From: Chiloscyllium plagiosum
Lineage: Eukaryota
Reading direction: 5' to 3'
DNA length: 64,000 bases
NCBI RefSeq assembly: GCF_004010195.1
Contig: NC_057760.1
Span: 2,694,647-2,758,646, forward strand
Shown here: one piece after another, positions 13,331 through 26,761 of the stretch
Position numbering within the stretch: position 1 is the first letter of the stretch
Layout of the letters: every line of letters begins with the position of its first letter
Position numbers and translations under genes: made by a program
Notes under the pieces: generated by a model
Told to the model about the DNA's origin: nothing
Database searches by the model: none
Seen by the model: the letters and a program-made list of their open reading frames with translations, nothing else

Positions 13331-14911
13331 TTGGGTGGCAACGTTTCAGTTTTCAGAATCATTTGAAAAGATTTCTTGAGTACAATCTTTTTGCTTGCTT
13401 CAGTTCTAATCTTCAATTGGAAGTTTGCTCTCCTGTTCTGACCACTGCCATTTTGCAACCCCCTTCCCCCTCCACATTCTTCAGCAGCTTCATCGGTCTT
13501 TGGGTGTATGCATGTGCATATGTCTGTGTGTGTTATGAGGGACAGTAATCATTAGCCCTGATTATGGATCTTGGGTGTGAATAGTTCCTGTAGTGGCTTG
13601 GAGAAAATGGCCTTTTTACAGCTATTTGTAATTAGGGTTTCACATGGTTTCAGGCAATGTAAAGTTAGCTAATTATTGGAATACTTGGCAGGCAAACTGA
13701 AATAATTTTCTGCATGGCAAGCAGCAGACCTGAGCAAGGAATGTGGGCTTTGTTTCTTTGTAAAAAGGATACAATGCTACCTCTCTGCTGGTCAGTCAAT
13801 ATGTCACCAGCACATTGCTTGGATTTGAAGCTGATAACAAGAATGAGTGTGACAGAAGGAAAACAAAATCAAGCTGCTGCTGTTTGACCCCTTAACAGGA
13901 CTGAGGAGTGTGCTGATAGAGGTCCCTAAAATAATGGAAGGTTTTAAGAGTGAGAAAACACCTCTGGGGTAGAGCATAACTAAGGGCCATCAGTAAAAAG
14001 GTCATCAAGAAAGTCCATAGGGAATTCAGAAGAACTGTTTTTAATCTGGAGAGTGGTCAGAATGAGTCTGGTGCAAACAGTATTGGTATAAGGGAGAAGG
14101 AAATAGAGTTATAATAGTTTTTAAAGAAAAGATGAGAGGAGGCTTGAGATACTAACTTGGACAGGTTGGGCCTTTGGTAAATCAAAAGCCAATGTCAGGC
14201 AGTGAAGTGCAACATTCCCCTTGTACTAGGCTGTACTTGTCCTGCAGGTATTTAGTAGGACAATATAAGGGGAGCTTTACTCTGTATCTAACCCCGTGCT
14301 GTATCTTGCATGGGAGTGTTTAATTCCCAGTGTGTACTTACTGGGAATGTGTCTCTTCCCTGGTAATAGCATCCATCATTTAAGCACATGCATTTATTTT
14401 TCCAGATTTATAACCATCTTGGCATAGGTATGATTTGATCTTGTGTAATGCAGAGGAGATGCTGAGTAAAATCAGAGCTTAGGACCCGGAATTGCTGCCA
14501 AGTCATATCTTTGTTGTTTATTGGTAAAAGATTGCCAGTAAATTGATTTGCGTGTTTTATATTATACACGAGATCAAAAATTAGATATCAAGCCTGTTCC
14601 CTTTCTTGTTATCAGGAGTAAGTTGATGAGGCCATGACAGATGAAAGAGCCATATAATGCAGCACTGCTAAAGTAGCGCCAGTATGCCAAATGTGTACGT
14701 ATCAGACTCCCCAGTGAAACATGAGCACAGCAGACATATTGCTTGGGCTAAGTGTGTTTAAAAACCTCTGCCATATGGTTGGCTGCAAAGAGAAGCCAGC
14801 TTTCATCAGGGTGAAGTTTCAATTGTTTGTAATATTTCTTTGTTGCCTGATTAAATTGAAGCACTTTCTTTTGTGTTCCCAATCTTAATCAACAGTTCTT
14901 TTCTTCCTTAG

Positions 14912-15006
14912 TCCAAAGAGTCGCCTGATTCTGGTGAAGAAGGAGAAGCTGGAGTACGTTCCTGGAGAGCATGACTACGGGCTTTTCCCAGCCCCAATTC
15001 ATGTTG
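14912..15006 (+). CDS. ASH1L: ASH1L coding exon
   Basis: Acceptor cttccttag|T, donor G|gtaagt. Encodes [31 protein letters not shown]. Confidence 0.95.
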
Positions 15007-15586
15007 GTAAGTCTTGCAGTGCTCTGCCATTACTGCGTTGGGTCCGTTTTAGTGGGCCTGCAGGGAACATTTGGATGGGACAGAGTGAGTGGACTTCGAG
15101 TCTTCTTTCTGACAGCTCCTAATGGATTGAGAAAGTGTGATTAGCTGATGTCTTCAGCCAGTTGCTTTACATTTTAAAGACCATGGCCTGCACTAACCAC
15201 GTGCATCTGTCGTTGTCGGTCACAGTAGAAGTATAGAATCTCTTGAATTACATTTGTTCTGATGAAACAGTGACTTCCTGTGAATGCGAGGCTATATTTA
15301 CGCATTCCTCAGCATTGTCTCCTTTCCCAAATTTGGTTTGTCTGGTCTCTATTCCCTCAACTGTTTGCAGATCTCTGCATCTCGCACTGTTTTGTGTTTA
15401 ATGATTACCATGTGTTTTAATAAAACAGTGCCACTGCTGAGAGATTCCTACAGGTCTCGTGATCTTCCCCTTAGTTGTCTCTTAACAATGGCTGAGATCC
15501 ATTGATTAATTATACATTACAAATTACAGGCAATGAGGTGTAATGATAGTGTCCCTACCTCTGAGCAGGTATGTCTGGATTCAAAT

Positions 15587-16140
15587 CATGCTGAGCTTGT
15601 ACAGGACATTGGTGAGGCCTCTTATGGAATTCTGTGTCCAGTTCTGGTCACCCAATTATAGGAGGGATATTACTAAGCTGGGAGGGCTCAGAAGAGATTT
15701 ACCAGCATGTTGCTGGGAATGGACATTTTGAATTATAAAGAAAGGCTGAGACTTTTTTTCACTGGAGTGTAGGAGGTCGAGAGGCAACCTGATAAAGTTT
15801 ATTTTATGCTGAGAGGTATAGATAAAGTCAATGGTAGTTGTCTTTTCCCTAGGATGGGGGATTTTAAGACTGGTGGGCATATTCTTGAGGTTGGGGCAAG
15901 TGATTTTAAAAAAGATGAGGCAAATTTTTTTCCACAGAAGGTGGATCATGTGTGGAATGAACGTCCTGAGAAAGGGATGGATGTGGGTACAATTAGAATG
16001 TCGAAAAGGCATCTGGATAGATACATGAATAGCAAAGGTTTGGAGGGATATGGCCCAGGACAGTGGGTGGGGCTAGTTTAGTTTGGGACTATGTTCATCT
16101 TTGGGCTGGAGGATGTGTGTCTGTGTTGCATGACTCTGCA
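15587..16140 (+). mobile_element. CR1 LINE 3' fragment
   Basis: Encodes LYRTLVRPLMEFCVQFWSPNYRRDI and NFFPQKVDHVWN, followed by a CR1 3' UTR. Confidence 0.85.
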
Positions 16141-16427
16141 AGGCCCAGAGGTATGTCATAGCATATCTGAAGGCAACAATTGAATAAACATGTCGACAAA
16201 CAGGGTTCATGAGGCACTTGGCTCATCATTATTTAATTAGCTGGTACAAATCCTGGAGCCAAGCAATAGCCTCCTTAGTTGTTGAGTTCAAGGTGAATAT
16301 GCTGCCCTCCCGTCTAGCATGAAGGAGATACTCCTCTGTAACATATAGATTTTTGTATCTCTCCACCAGAGCATAAGGAAGTTGTACTAAGGCCCTGGCA
16401 GGGGTGGTTGGCTGTTGAGGTGCCCTG

Positions 16428-16499
16428 GGAGAAAGTGATGACTGGAGATCAGAGTCAAGAGTGTGGTGCTGGAAAAGCACAGCCGGTCTGGCAGCATCT
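16428..16499 (-). mobile_element. Very short Penelope pLTR tail insertion
   Basis: Same tail as 13000-13070, flanked by ggtgccctg / ggtaccctg. Confidence 0.65.
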
Positions 16500-19363
16500 G
16501 GTACCCTGTCTTGCCCTGAACTTTTAACAAGGACACATCCTGTTTAAGCATTGCATGTATGCCACACAAAAATACATCAAACAATGCTCATAACTTCATA
16601 TATTCAGGTGGTCAAATAATGTAACACTAGACAAATGGTGCCATCATAAAAAGCAGAAGCGAGTCATTTTCAAATCATTTTCTTTGGTGCATCAGTAGGT
16701 ACTGAAAGCACTTGTTTGTTCCTTCCATAAACTTCATCTGAAAGTGCGATCCCACTGCCTATGACTGACATCTGTGCAGGTGATGTGGAGGAGTCAGTGT
16801 TGGACTCTGTGCAGATAATATTGCTGTTCAGCTAGGTTTGTGGTTTACGTTCACTAAACACACCCTGCACCTCATTCTAACTCTACAACAAAGGGATTTT
16901 CAGGACCCGGAAGGAAAGGTACTTGGCCTGAAAGCCTATCAGGCTTGCCAGTCACTTCACCGCATTCATTCCGCCTCACCTCTCCAGTTAAGAGTTTTCA
17001 AGTCAAAAATGTTACTGGTAACTGACTTTTGCATCCTTTTCTCCATTATGTAGAAAGATAATCCACCGGTTTGTCTGCCAGCTTTTGACCTATTAACTTT
17101 CCCCTTGAGACCTTAGGATGAGTAATTTACCTTCGCCAATAGTGGCTCATCCCTTCATAATGTTGCAACTACTGAAACGATTGGTGTGTGAAAACTGATT
17201 AAACTACCCCTTATGCTACCTGCCCCCTTGGGCATAAAGTCAGTACCCCTCCATGAAACTAGACATGTTTTGGTGCAGCAATAGTATCACTGTGCTGAGG
17301 AATGCCAGGATATATTTTGCCGTCAACTAAGCTGATAACAATTTTGATAGTCATGCAGGGTTTCTTGCCTTCCACACCGAAGGAAGGTGGTTCAACCTCG
17401 TTCATTACGGAGTATAGCATTTGTTGTACTGCTGCTGTTATGTTGGGCAGGTGCCAGATGATGTAATTGCAGCTGCGTAGGGTGGATCAAAACTGTAACA
17501 GTTCATCTCTCACTTGCTGTATGTTATGTGTGCAGTAAAAATATGTCAGGGGACAGTTCACTCGTTTCTCAGAATAACCCAGGAGAGAAATGATCAAAGT
17601 ATTACTCGGCAAGGAATTTCAACACATGAGTTTGTTCTAAACTTGTGATCAAGGTACTTTGACCTTGATTTTGAGCTCTGCACTGGCTGATCCTGTCTCA
17701 GCAGAAGTCCCGTTGGTGATGTGAGTGCTCCGTATGGACAATAGGTGGGTGTGCTGGGAAATCCAGTGCTGAGCAGGCTGTTGTAACACATTGATCAACT
17801 AAAAATATGCACATTGTAAGTTTCGAACCTTCTCTAAGGGGTCTGTATAATACTAGAGAAAGCTGATGTTTTTGGATGTACACAGAACAATAGGTTTACT
17901 CATGATGGATTGTTGATTGTCAGTTGCATACTTCAGGAATTGACAAGAAAATATGATGCAGTCCAGAAAGAAGCGGCTGCAGGGCAGCATCTACGTAACA
18001 CCTTGCAACCTGATGATGCCCCAAAATGCTTTGCTGATCCCTGGGATAGTGTTTTTACATTGCCCCATGTCTTTGAAAAGTCTCTGGTTAGGTTGACCTT
18101 TTCAGGTTTTTATCCCTAGCTGAGTGATGTGTTTGCTGCTTGTTGTTATATTGTACATTCAACAAACTTCCAAGTAGAAAGTTGGGAGAAGTGGGGTGGG
18201 TATTGTACTCGACAATTCAACACCCAGTGCCTTCAGCTTTGTTTTGAAGCAGTGGTTGCCATTGAGAAAGTCGGACGAAACAAGCAACAAATTAAAGATA
18301 AAAGTTGTGTTAATAACTTGGCATTCCTCTTGGGTAAAATACTCTTGAACAAAGTTACAAGGTGCCTGTTTAAAAACCTGTTTGGTTTGCCAGCACCTAC
18401 CCCTCTGTTAATAGCCTTATGCACTTGGCAGCACTCCATATCACTTGAAAAGAGACATTTGTTTCTGCAGTGAGAACAAGGCAAAGAAGTATTAAACCAA
18501 GTCCAAGTTTGACTGTTCCCAAAACCACTTTAGGGTTACATGAAGTATATCTGAACAGCAAATTTGCGCTCAGGCAAAAATGCACATTGTGGAAAGATAA
18601 GATAAATAGACCAAATATTCTCCCTCTTGTATTGATGTTTGGGAGTACTGTTCATCCAAATAACATGGGTAAAAATAATCTGCTATGGTGTAAAGAAGAA
18701 ACTGGACATTGGCTTTAGGTAATAATACTCATTTAATGAGTAGGTATAATGGGTCAAATGGCCTCCGTCTGCACCGTAACACTGCTGTAATTCTGTGAAC
18801 TAAGCCCTCACAGACTTGTATTCTTTTTAATAACAAAAACCATACTGAGGGGGACAAACCTTGGTTTGGACTGTTAGTGTCGCCTGTTTATTTCCCTCTG
18901 TTCTATTTATGTAAAAGGATTTAAAATAATTCATTGTTTGACAAGCATTTGGTCACCTTGTTGAAAAAGATAATCAGGTGCTGCTTTAACATTTTCACAC
19001 TTCCTTGTTTGTTCTGTGAAGGTATGGCTGTTCAAAATCACTGGTCCCTCTTGCTGCTCAGTCCCATCAGCTCCAATTCATCTGTGATCAGCCTGGTTCC
19101 AGGCATCAAGCCCTCCCCATTTGAGGGGGTTAGATAGTTTGGAGTTCGCCAACCAATATAGATTTTGTTTTGGGATTTCCCTGTAGGCAGGCTTTTTTCT
19201 TTCCTGATTTTCATTGCTTTCCTGATGCTTGACATGAACTGTGCCCATATGGATTCTGAAAGAATACAGGGTTTGAATCTGCTGTATCATTCCTTTCTGG
19301 AAGCTTTAACAGTGCTGCCCCTGGCGAAGATTTGCATCATTGTACATGTGTGGATAAAAATAA

Positions 19364-20085
19364 CGTGTAGGGACTGAAACAGAAAGGCCTTTATATACAC
19401 AGCTGACCGGGCACCGTGTAGGGACTGAAACAGAAAGGCCAGTATATACACAGCTGACCGGGCACCGTGTAGGGACTGAAACAGAAAGGCCTGTATGTAC
19501 ACAGCTGACCGGGCACCGTGTAGGGACTGAAACAGAAAGGCATGTATGTACACAGCTGACCGGGCACCGTGTAGGGACTGACACAGAAAGGCCTGTATGT
19601 ACACAGCTGACCGGGCACCGTGTAGGGACTGAAACAGAAAGGCCCGTATGTACACAGCTGACCGGGCAACGTGTCGGGACTGAAACAGAAAGGCCCGTAT
19701 GTACACAGCTGACCGGGCACCGTGTAGGGACTGAAACAGAAAGGCCTGTATGTACACAGCTGACCGGGCACCGCGTGGGACTGAAACAGAAAGGTCTGTA
19801 TGTACACAGCTGACCGGGCACCGTGTAGGGACTGAAACAGAAAGGTCTGTATGTACACAGCTGACCGGGCAACGTGTAGGGACTGAAACAGAAAGGCCTG
19901 TATGTACACAGCTGACCGGGCACCGTGTAGGGACAGAAACAGAAAGGCCTGTATGTACACAGCTGACCGGGCACCGTGTAGGGACTGAAACAGAAAGGCC
20001 TGTATGTACACAGCTGACCGGGCACCGTGTAGGAACTGAAACAGAAAGGCCTGTATGTACACAGCTGACCGGGCACCGTGTAGGG
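19364..20085. repeat. 51-bp minisatellite, 14 units
   Basis: Unit cgtgtagggactgaaacagaaaggcctgtatgtacacagctgaccgggcac, head-to-tail without spacers. Confidence 0.97.
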
Positions 20086-21082
20086 TGCTGTGTTGGAATC
20101 CGGTAATAATTGGATAATTATTTTTAGGGTGAGGAACTGACCGAGTTCTGCACCAGAATAGTGAAGTGGTTTTTCTCAGTCATTACAGGCACCGTGGGCC
20201 GAATGGCTGCCTCCTGTGCTGCATGCTTCTATGATGCTGACACTGCTGCAGTTCAGAGAGAGTGTGACTCCATCAGGATGCCATACATCTGATCAGATGT
20301 TAAACCGTCTACACCTTCAAGTGTTTGTACAAAACTTCTTGGCACGTTTTGAAGAACAGTATTGTGCTCAGAGTTTCAAATGTTTAACTCCTGTACCAGT
20401 GCCACTTAAGGAATATATATATCCAGTCATTTAACAGAGTACTGTGGGGTCCTGTTGTGCCTGTTTGGGCTTGTGCATTTTCCCAAATTCCAACTGCACT
20501 TATAAGTAATTGAGTGCTTCTGAAGGGCTTTGAAACATCCTGCAGATGTGAAAGTGTCTGTATCAATGCAGTTCCTTTCTGTTTGTATTAGATGTGCATT
20601 TTATTTCAATTGAAATTGCTAAAGCAAAATCTGTATTTTTTAAAAAATCCTTAGACATAATATATTTATGTCCAGCATTACTCATGGAGCAAGAATGGGT
20701 GGAGAACAAAAAGAATAACCTCTCTCAGCATTGGAGTTTGGAAGTGAGGGAAGGCCAGGGTGTCAGTGTCTGAATTGGAGACTCTGCATCAAAACAAAAA
20801 AGTATGCTTTATTTTAGGAGAAATTAAACCTGTTTTAGTCACCATTTAGCTCTTGGAAACTTTTCCACACAAATGCAGATGTAGGAGTGTTTCATTCAAA
20901 GCTTTCCTGTTCCTCCTCTGTTGTTTTTGTCCAGTTACACCAAGATTGTTTTTAGATTTCCTCCTCATAGAGTTCTAATCATGACACGCTGATTTATACT
21001 CTGGAATAGATCAGCTGATGAAACAGCTATTCACTGTCAGCCACCTATATGTTGGTGCAGCAAAGGGCGGTTCAGAAATAGT

Positions 21083-22080
21083 TTTCTTCCACAAACCCAC
21101 CAACACTCTCAGCTACCTGGAATAAACCTCCTCCCACCCTGCCTCCTGTAAAAACACTCTCCCTTATTCCCAGTTCCTCTGCCTGTGCCACATCTGCTCT
21201 CAGGAGGACCAGTTCCACCACAGATTACACCTGATGGCCACCTCCTTTAAAGAGTGCAATTTCCCCTCCCATGTGGTGGTTGATGCCCTCTAGTGCATCA
21301 CATCCACTTCCCGTACCTCCTGCCTCCGACTGCAACAAGGACAGAACACCCCCTGGCCTCACCTTACACTCCACCAACCTCCGTATACATCGCATCATTC
21401 TCCGCCGTTTCCGCCACCTACAAACAGACCCCACTACCAGAGATATATTTCCCCCTCCACCCCAATCCACTTCCCGTAAAGACCATTACTCCACAACTGC
21501 CTTGTCAGGTACATGCTCCCCCACCAACCCATCGTCCCCTCCCAGTATCTTCCCCGACACTGCAGTAATTGCTAAGCGCTTCAGAGAACCTCTCCGGGAC
21601 ACCCGTACCAATCAACCCAACCGCCCCATGCCGAACACCTGACATGCAGGTTCTGGGCTGCCTCCATCGCCACTCCCTAACCACCCAACACTTGGAGGAA
21701 GAACGCCTCATCGTCCAACTCTGGACCCTCCAACCAACGGCATCAATGTGGATTTCATCAGTTTCTTCATTTCCTCTCCCCCTCACCTTATTCCAGTTCC
21801 AACCTTCCAACTCTGCATCGCCCTCATGACCTTTCCTACCTGTCCATATTCCTTCCCACCTATCCACTCCACCCTCCTCTCTGACCTATCACCTTTACCC
21901 CATCTCCCTACCTCCCCACCTCCTCCCATTTATTTCACCACCCCCTTGGCTGGCAGCCTCTTTGAAGGGCTTTTTCCTGAAATGTTCATTCTCCTGGTCC
22001 TCAGATGCTGCCTGCCCTGCTGTGCTTTTCTAGTTCCACACTCTTGACTGATCTCCAGCATCTGAAGTCCACACTTTCGC
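21083..22080 (+). mobile_element. 5'-truncated Penelope-like retroelement
   Basis: Encodes KDRTP..LTLHSTNLRIHRIILRRFRHLQ and DMQVLGCLH...LEEERLI (GIY-YIG region), then a pLTR tail. Flanked by cagaaatagt / cagaaatggt. Confidence 0.85.
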
Positions 22081-22334
22081 CAGAAATGGTCAATACCGAC
22101 TTAGATTCCTATGCCCACAAAACTGGCTTTCTTGTGCTTTCCCCTGAGTTGGACTCCAAGTGACAAATCCTGACTGGTCAAACAGCCAGTCAGAGACTCT
22201 GAAAGAGAGTTAACCAAGGTAAAAATGGAGCTGCAGTTGAGAACTTGAAACTTAGATGGTGTCTTTCTTGCATTAGTGTGTGTTTACCACTATACAGTCT
22301 CCGTTAAAATGGGAGTCATAGTTCATAAACATTG

Positions 22335-22680
22335 CATTTGTTGAGAGACTTCTATAGGAAGGATGTTGTAAAACTGGGGACGGTGCAGAAAAAATTTACA
22401 AGGGTGTTGCTGGAACTGGAAAGTTATAGGGAAAGGCTGAATAGGCTGGGGCATTTTTCTCCAGAACAGCAGAGGGGTGACCTTCTATATGTTTTTTTAA
22501 AAAATCTTGAGGGGCATGAATTGGGTGAATAGCCAAGGGGAGTCCAAAATTAAAGGGATTAGGTTTAAGATGAGAGGGGGCAAGATTTCATAAGGGTCTG
22601 AGGGATAATTTCTTCACACTGAGGCTAGTGCATATATGAAATGAACTTCCAGAGGAAGTGGTGGGGATGAAATTTGGAAG
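22335..22680 (+). mobile_element. CR1 LINE 3' fragment
   Basis: Encodes YRKDVVKLGTVQKKFTRVL...SYRERLNRLG. Confidence 0.8.
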
Positions 22681-25130
22681 GAGAGTTTGTTACTGGAGAA
22701 TAGTTCTGTCGAAGGGTCTCTGAGGGGTCAGGTGGGAAGGAAGGAGAGTCTCTGAGGGTCGGGTGGGACTGAAGGAGGGATGCTGAAGGGGGTTTCGCTC
22801 GAATAGAATTGTATGAAAATGTACCTGGGTTATGTAAATTAAAGGGACACATAGATACTGTAAATTTATAATTGTATTTCTTGTGTATTCTGTGACCTAA
22901 GTAAACATAGTTTTCCATCATACTCCTAAGTACAATGACCCTTTCACTTCTTCTTGCGTTTGAAGCAGAACGATGTGATAAATAAAGAGTAAAAACTAAT
23001 GTTGGGAATGGGATTGAGGGAGCTACACATCCTGAGCTTATATCTTACACATCATGGTGGAAATCTCTTGTCCCAACTGTGTATGTGCGGTCCACCCTTC
23101 AATACTCATCGCTTTGTTGAGCTGCTTGTTTGTAAAGCCAGGCATTTCTTGGCAAATGTTCTGCAGATTTATTGAGTCTAAACCAAACGAGTTCACATTT
23201 GTGCTGTTGCTTTGAAAGGAGGAAATAATGAGGTGATGTACTTCGAAAAAGTCTGTGCACATAAAGTTTGGCTGGAGTTCTGTTGGATCTGTTTGGAAGA
23301 CATTCGTTTACAGCTTCTCACTTGAAAAACAAAAGATAAATCAAACCAAAAGAGCAATTCCAAACCCAAAAAATACTTATACTCATTAAACAGTTCCAGG
23401 TTGTGCTTTTGTAGGCAGGTCTTTGTCAAGTATGGGTCTAACAACATTAAAAACGAGCAGATAGTGACACAGCAGCCTTGAAGAAAGGGCTTGTGCTTTT
23501 TAAAGTGCTTCATCATGTGCACTGATGTCCCAAAATGCTCTGCATCCAGTGGATTATATTCAAGTGTGGTTGTTGTAGTTATGTCGGAAATGCCAGTGAG
23601 TTGATGCACAACAACATTTTAGAAACAGAGGCAATAACTGGTGACTTTGGGATGTTTGCCAGGCCACTGGGGAACTCACTGATCAATTAAATTGGTAGCA
23701 TGGAATCACTCCCTTTCATCTAAGCAGGCACATGCAGACTCCGTTTAATGAGCTCATCTGCTCAAAGACACTTCCAGCAATAATCCAATCCTTCAACTCT
23801 ACACTGGAGTGTCAATCTGGATTAGGTAAGAGCGATGTTAACAAGGTAGAGGCACACTATATGCCCACAGCAGCTGCAGAACTCTGCACTAATATAAATG
23901 CTCATAAATGAGCAGCTTTGAGTTTAGGTACTTTGAACCTGTGGTTGGTGGATGTCACTGAGCAGAAAGAGTTGGAGATGCACCAATGATTCTGTTTACA
24001 GTGTATTACTAAACAATGGCTAGCAATTTCTTGAGGGCAGAGGGTGTAAGGCAGAAAATCATTGGAGCTTGTAGAGGCAAGAATGTGACTAAGAGGTAGT
24101 ACTTTGGGTTGGAGAGTCTGATTTCTTGCATTCCCAAATTTGCAATTTAAAACTTAGCATGTTGCAATCCTAAATCATTGCCAGTATGTAGGAGCCATTG
24201 GATGGGTTCAAGGAAGGTTTGTGTTATAAATTCATAAGGAATTTCCTCTGTCTCGGGTGGAACTTCCAGTTAGCTGGTGATATCTGTTTTAATCTATTTT
24301 CCTGCTTAGCGCTCATTGAGTACGTGATTGTTCTTAGCAAGATTATCTCCTCCAAGCCTTCCAGGGCAAAGATAGAAAATCCTGGGCTGCAGAGACATCA
24401 CCAAAACACAGTAAGGAATCTTTAAGGGACAGAAGCATTGTGAAGGTTATAGACAGACTTGTCACCTGGGCTGACAGCTTGACATGTACATGGGGTAAAC
24501 TAGACAGTGTGTGCAACACCTTGGACATTGCTATCCTATTCTGGAAAGGGGGAGCAGTAATATCCTGGTGTGTAGAGTGGAACCTGATCCCTTCCATTAC
24601 TTGCTTGAATATGGACAGGAAAGCAGCATTTTGCATATTTGGAGGGGGAGGGGGAAGTACAGGAAACAAAAGTGGGGGTGTTAGAGCAGCAACAAGACTC
24701 TGCCTCATTTTCATATTATTTGTTATTCCACCACCTCCACAATGTTCCAGACCTGCTGCATTTCCCCAGCCATTTTGTTTTTGCTTGGGAAGTTGGGGGG
24801 AGCAGGTTGTGGGTGGGCTGGAAAGATGGAGACAGCTGCAGCGTGACTTTAGTTCATTTCTCTGTTTTGAGCTTTTAACGTGTGTCACCGATTTGTATGG
24901 AACAATTGTCTGTGCTTCACTAAAGCAAACTAGTGAGAAGCTGGTGTGGAACATCAACATTGCTGTAAGGCATGTGGGGCAAATGACCAGTTTCTGTTCT
25001 GTCTGTTCTCATGTGAACATACATGTGTATTTATACATGTGGTACCAGCCGGCATGGGTGAATAGAGTTTTTGATGACTGTTTTGTTCTTTCCTGTGTCT
25101 GTCCTAAATGTCCATGTCTTTGTTTTGCAG

Positions 25131-25204
25131 GCAAGTATTTGAGGCAGAAACGGATAGATTTTCAATTACCATATGACATCCTGTGGCAGTGGAAACATAA
25201 TCAG
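25131..25204 (+). CDS. ASH1L: ASH1L coding exon with MRG15-binding FxLP motif
   Basis: Acceptor ttttgcag|GC, donor CAG|gtatgt. Encodes [25 protein letters not shown]. Confidence 0.96.
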
Positions 25205-25554
25205 GTATGTAAACTGTAATTGGTGACTCATGAAAATTTGATAAGGCAGAACTAATAACTTGCTTTTCTATAGCACCTTGAAGGTAGTGAAACATCCCAG
25301 GGTACTCAAGATAATCAAAAAAATAGTTGGCTCGGAGGCATGTTACAAAATATTAGGGACAGGTGACCAAAATCTTGGTTAAAGAGGTCATCTCAAAGAA
25401 GTGAGAGAAAGAGGTATTTAGAGGGAGAATTCCAGTGCTTAGGGCTGAGGGAGCTGATGGCACAGCCACTGGTGATGGAGTGAGGGAAGTTGAGCCCAAA
25501 GTTAAGAGTGCAGATCACAAAAGGTTTTTATCTCCCCAGAGTATAAAAGGATGA

Positions 25555-26761
25555 AGAGAAGGTGAGGACTGCAAATGCTGGAGATTAGAGTCGAGAGTGT
25601 GATGCTGGAAAAACACAGCAGGTCAGGCAGCGTCCAAGGACCAATGGAATCGACATTTTGGGCAAAAGTCCTTCATCAGGAATGAGGCTTGTGAGCCAAG
25701 GGGTTGGAGAGATAAAGGGTGGGGGAGTTAGCTGAGAGTGCGATAGGTGGATGAAGGTCGGGGTAATGGTGATAGTTTGCAGAGAGTGGTGGAGTGGATT
25801 GGTGGGAAGGAAGATGGATAGGTCGTGAGGATGGTGCTGGGATAAGGTGAGGGGAGGAGAAATAAAGAAACTGATCCCATGTGGTTGGAGGGTCCCGAGA
25901 CACAAGATGTGTTCTTTCTCCAGGCATTGGGTGGTTAGGGTTTGGTGATGGATGACGTGTGGAAGTGCAGGTAACACTTTGATGAATGTGGAAAGCTTTT
26001 TTGTGAAAATGGCGAAGGATGATGCGATGTATACGGAGGTTGGTGATGTGGAAGGTTGAGGACCGGCGGTGGGAGGGGGGGGTTCTGTCCTTGTTGTGGT
26101 TGCTTTCCACATCCATCAGCATTTTACCTGCTCTTCCACATGTGTCATTTACTGCATCCGTTACTCCCAATGCGGTCTCTTCTACATTGGGGAGACAGGA
26201 CGCCAACTTGCAGAACACTTCATAGAACATCTCGGGGATGCCCGCACCAAACAATCCCACCACCCTGTAGCCGAACGCTTCAACTCCACCTCCCACTCAG
26301 CCAAGGACATGCAGGTCCTGGACTGCCTCCATAATCAAGCTCAAACCACCTGATGCCTGGAGGAAAAATGCCTCAAGCCTCATATTCTGCCTTGGGACCC
26401 TCCAACCACGTGGATTTCAATTTGGATATCACCCGTTCCCTCATTTTCACCTCCCCCACCTTACCCCAGATCTCACCTTCGAACTTTGCACTGCCATCAT
26501 GAACTGTCGTACCTGTCCATTTTCCTTCCCACCTGTCTGCTCCACCCTCCTCTCTGAGCTAGCACCATTACCCCTACCTCTATCCACCAAACGCATTCTT
26601 AGCTACCTCTCCCACCAGTCCCACCCCCTTCCCATTTATCTCTCCAGCCCTCTGGCTCACAAGCCTCATTCCTGATGAAGGGCTTTTGCCGGAAACATTG
26701 ATTCTCTTCCTCCTTGGATGCTGCCTGACCTGCTGTGCTTTTCCAGCACCCCACACGCGAT
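25555..26761. mobile_element. Penelope-like element with inverted halves and GIY-YIG remnant
   Basis: + strand encodes VIYCIRYSQCGLFYIGETGRQLAEHFIEH. Inverted copy at 25555 to about 26100. 13-bp TSD tataaaaggatga at 25542-25554 and 26762-26774. Confidence 0.9.

Noticed and set aside
19364..20085. CRISPR array or repeat-protein gene (156-256 aa ORFs)
   Set aside because: There are no unique spacers and no cas genes. The ORFs arise because the 51-bp unit is a multiple of 3.
25100..25130. Alternative acceptor adding 5 aa, as I recall for a human ASH1L isoform
   Set aside because: There is no AG 15 nt upstream of the main acceptor here.
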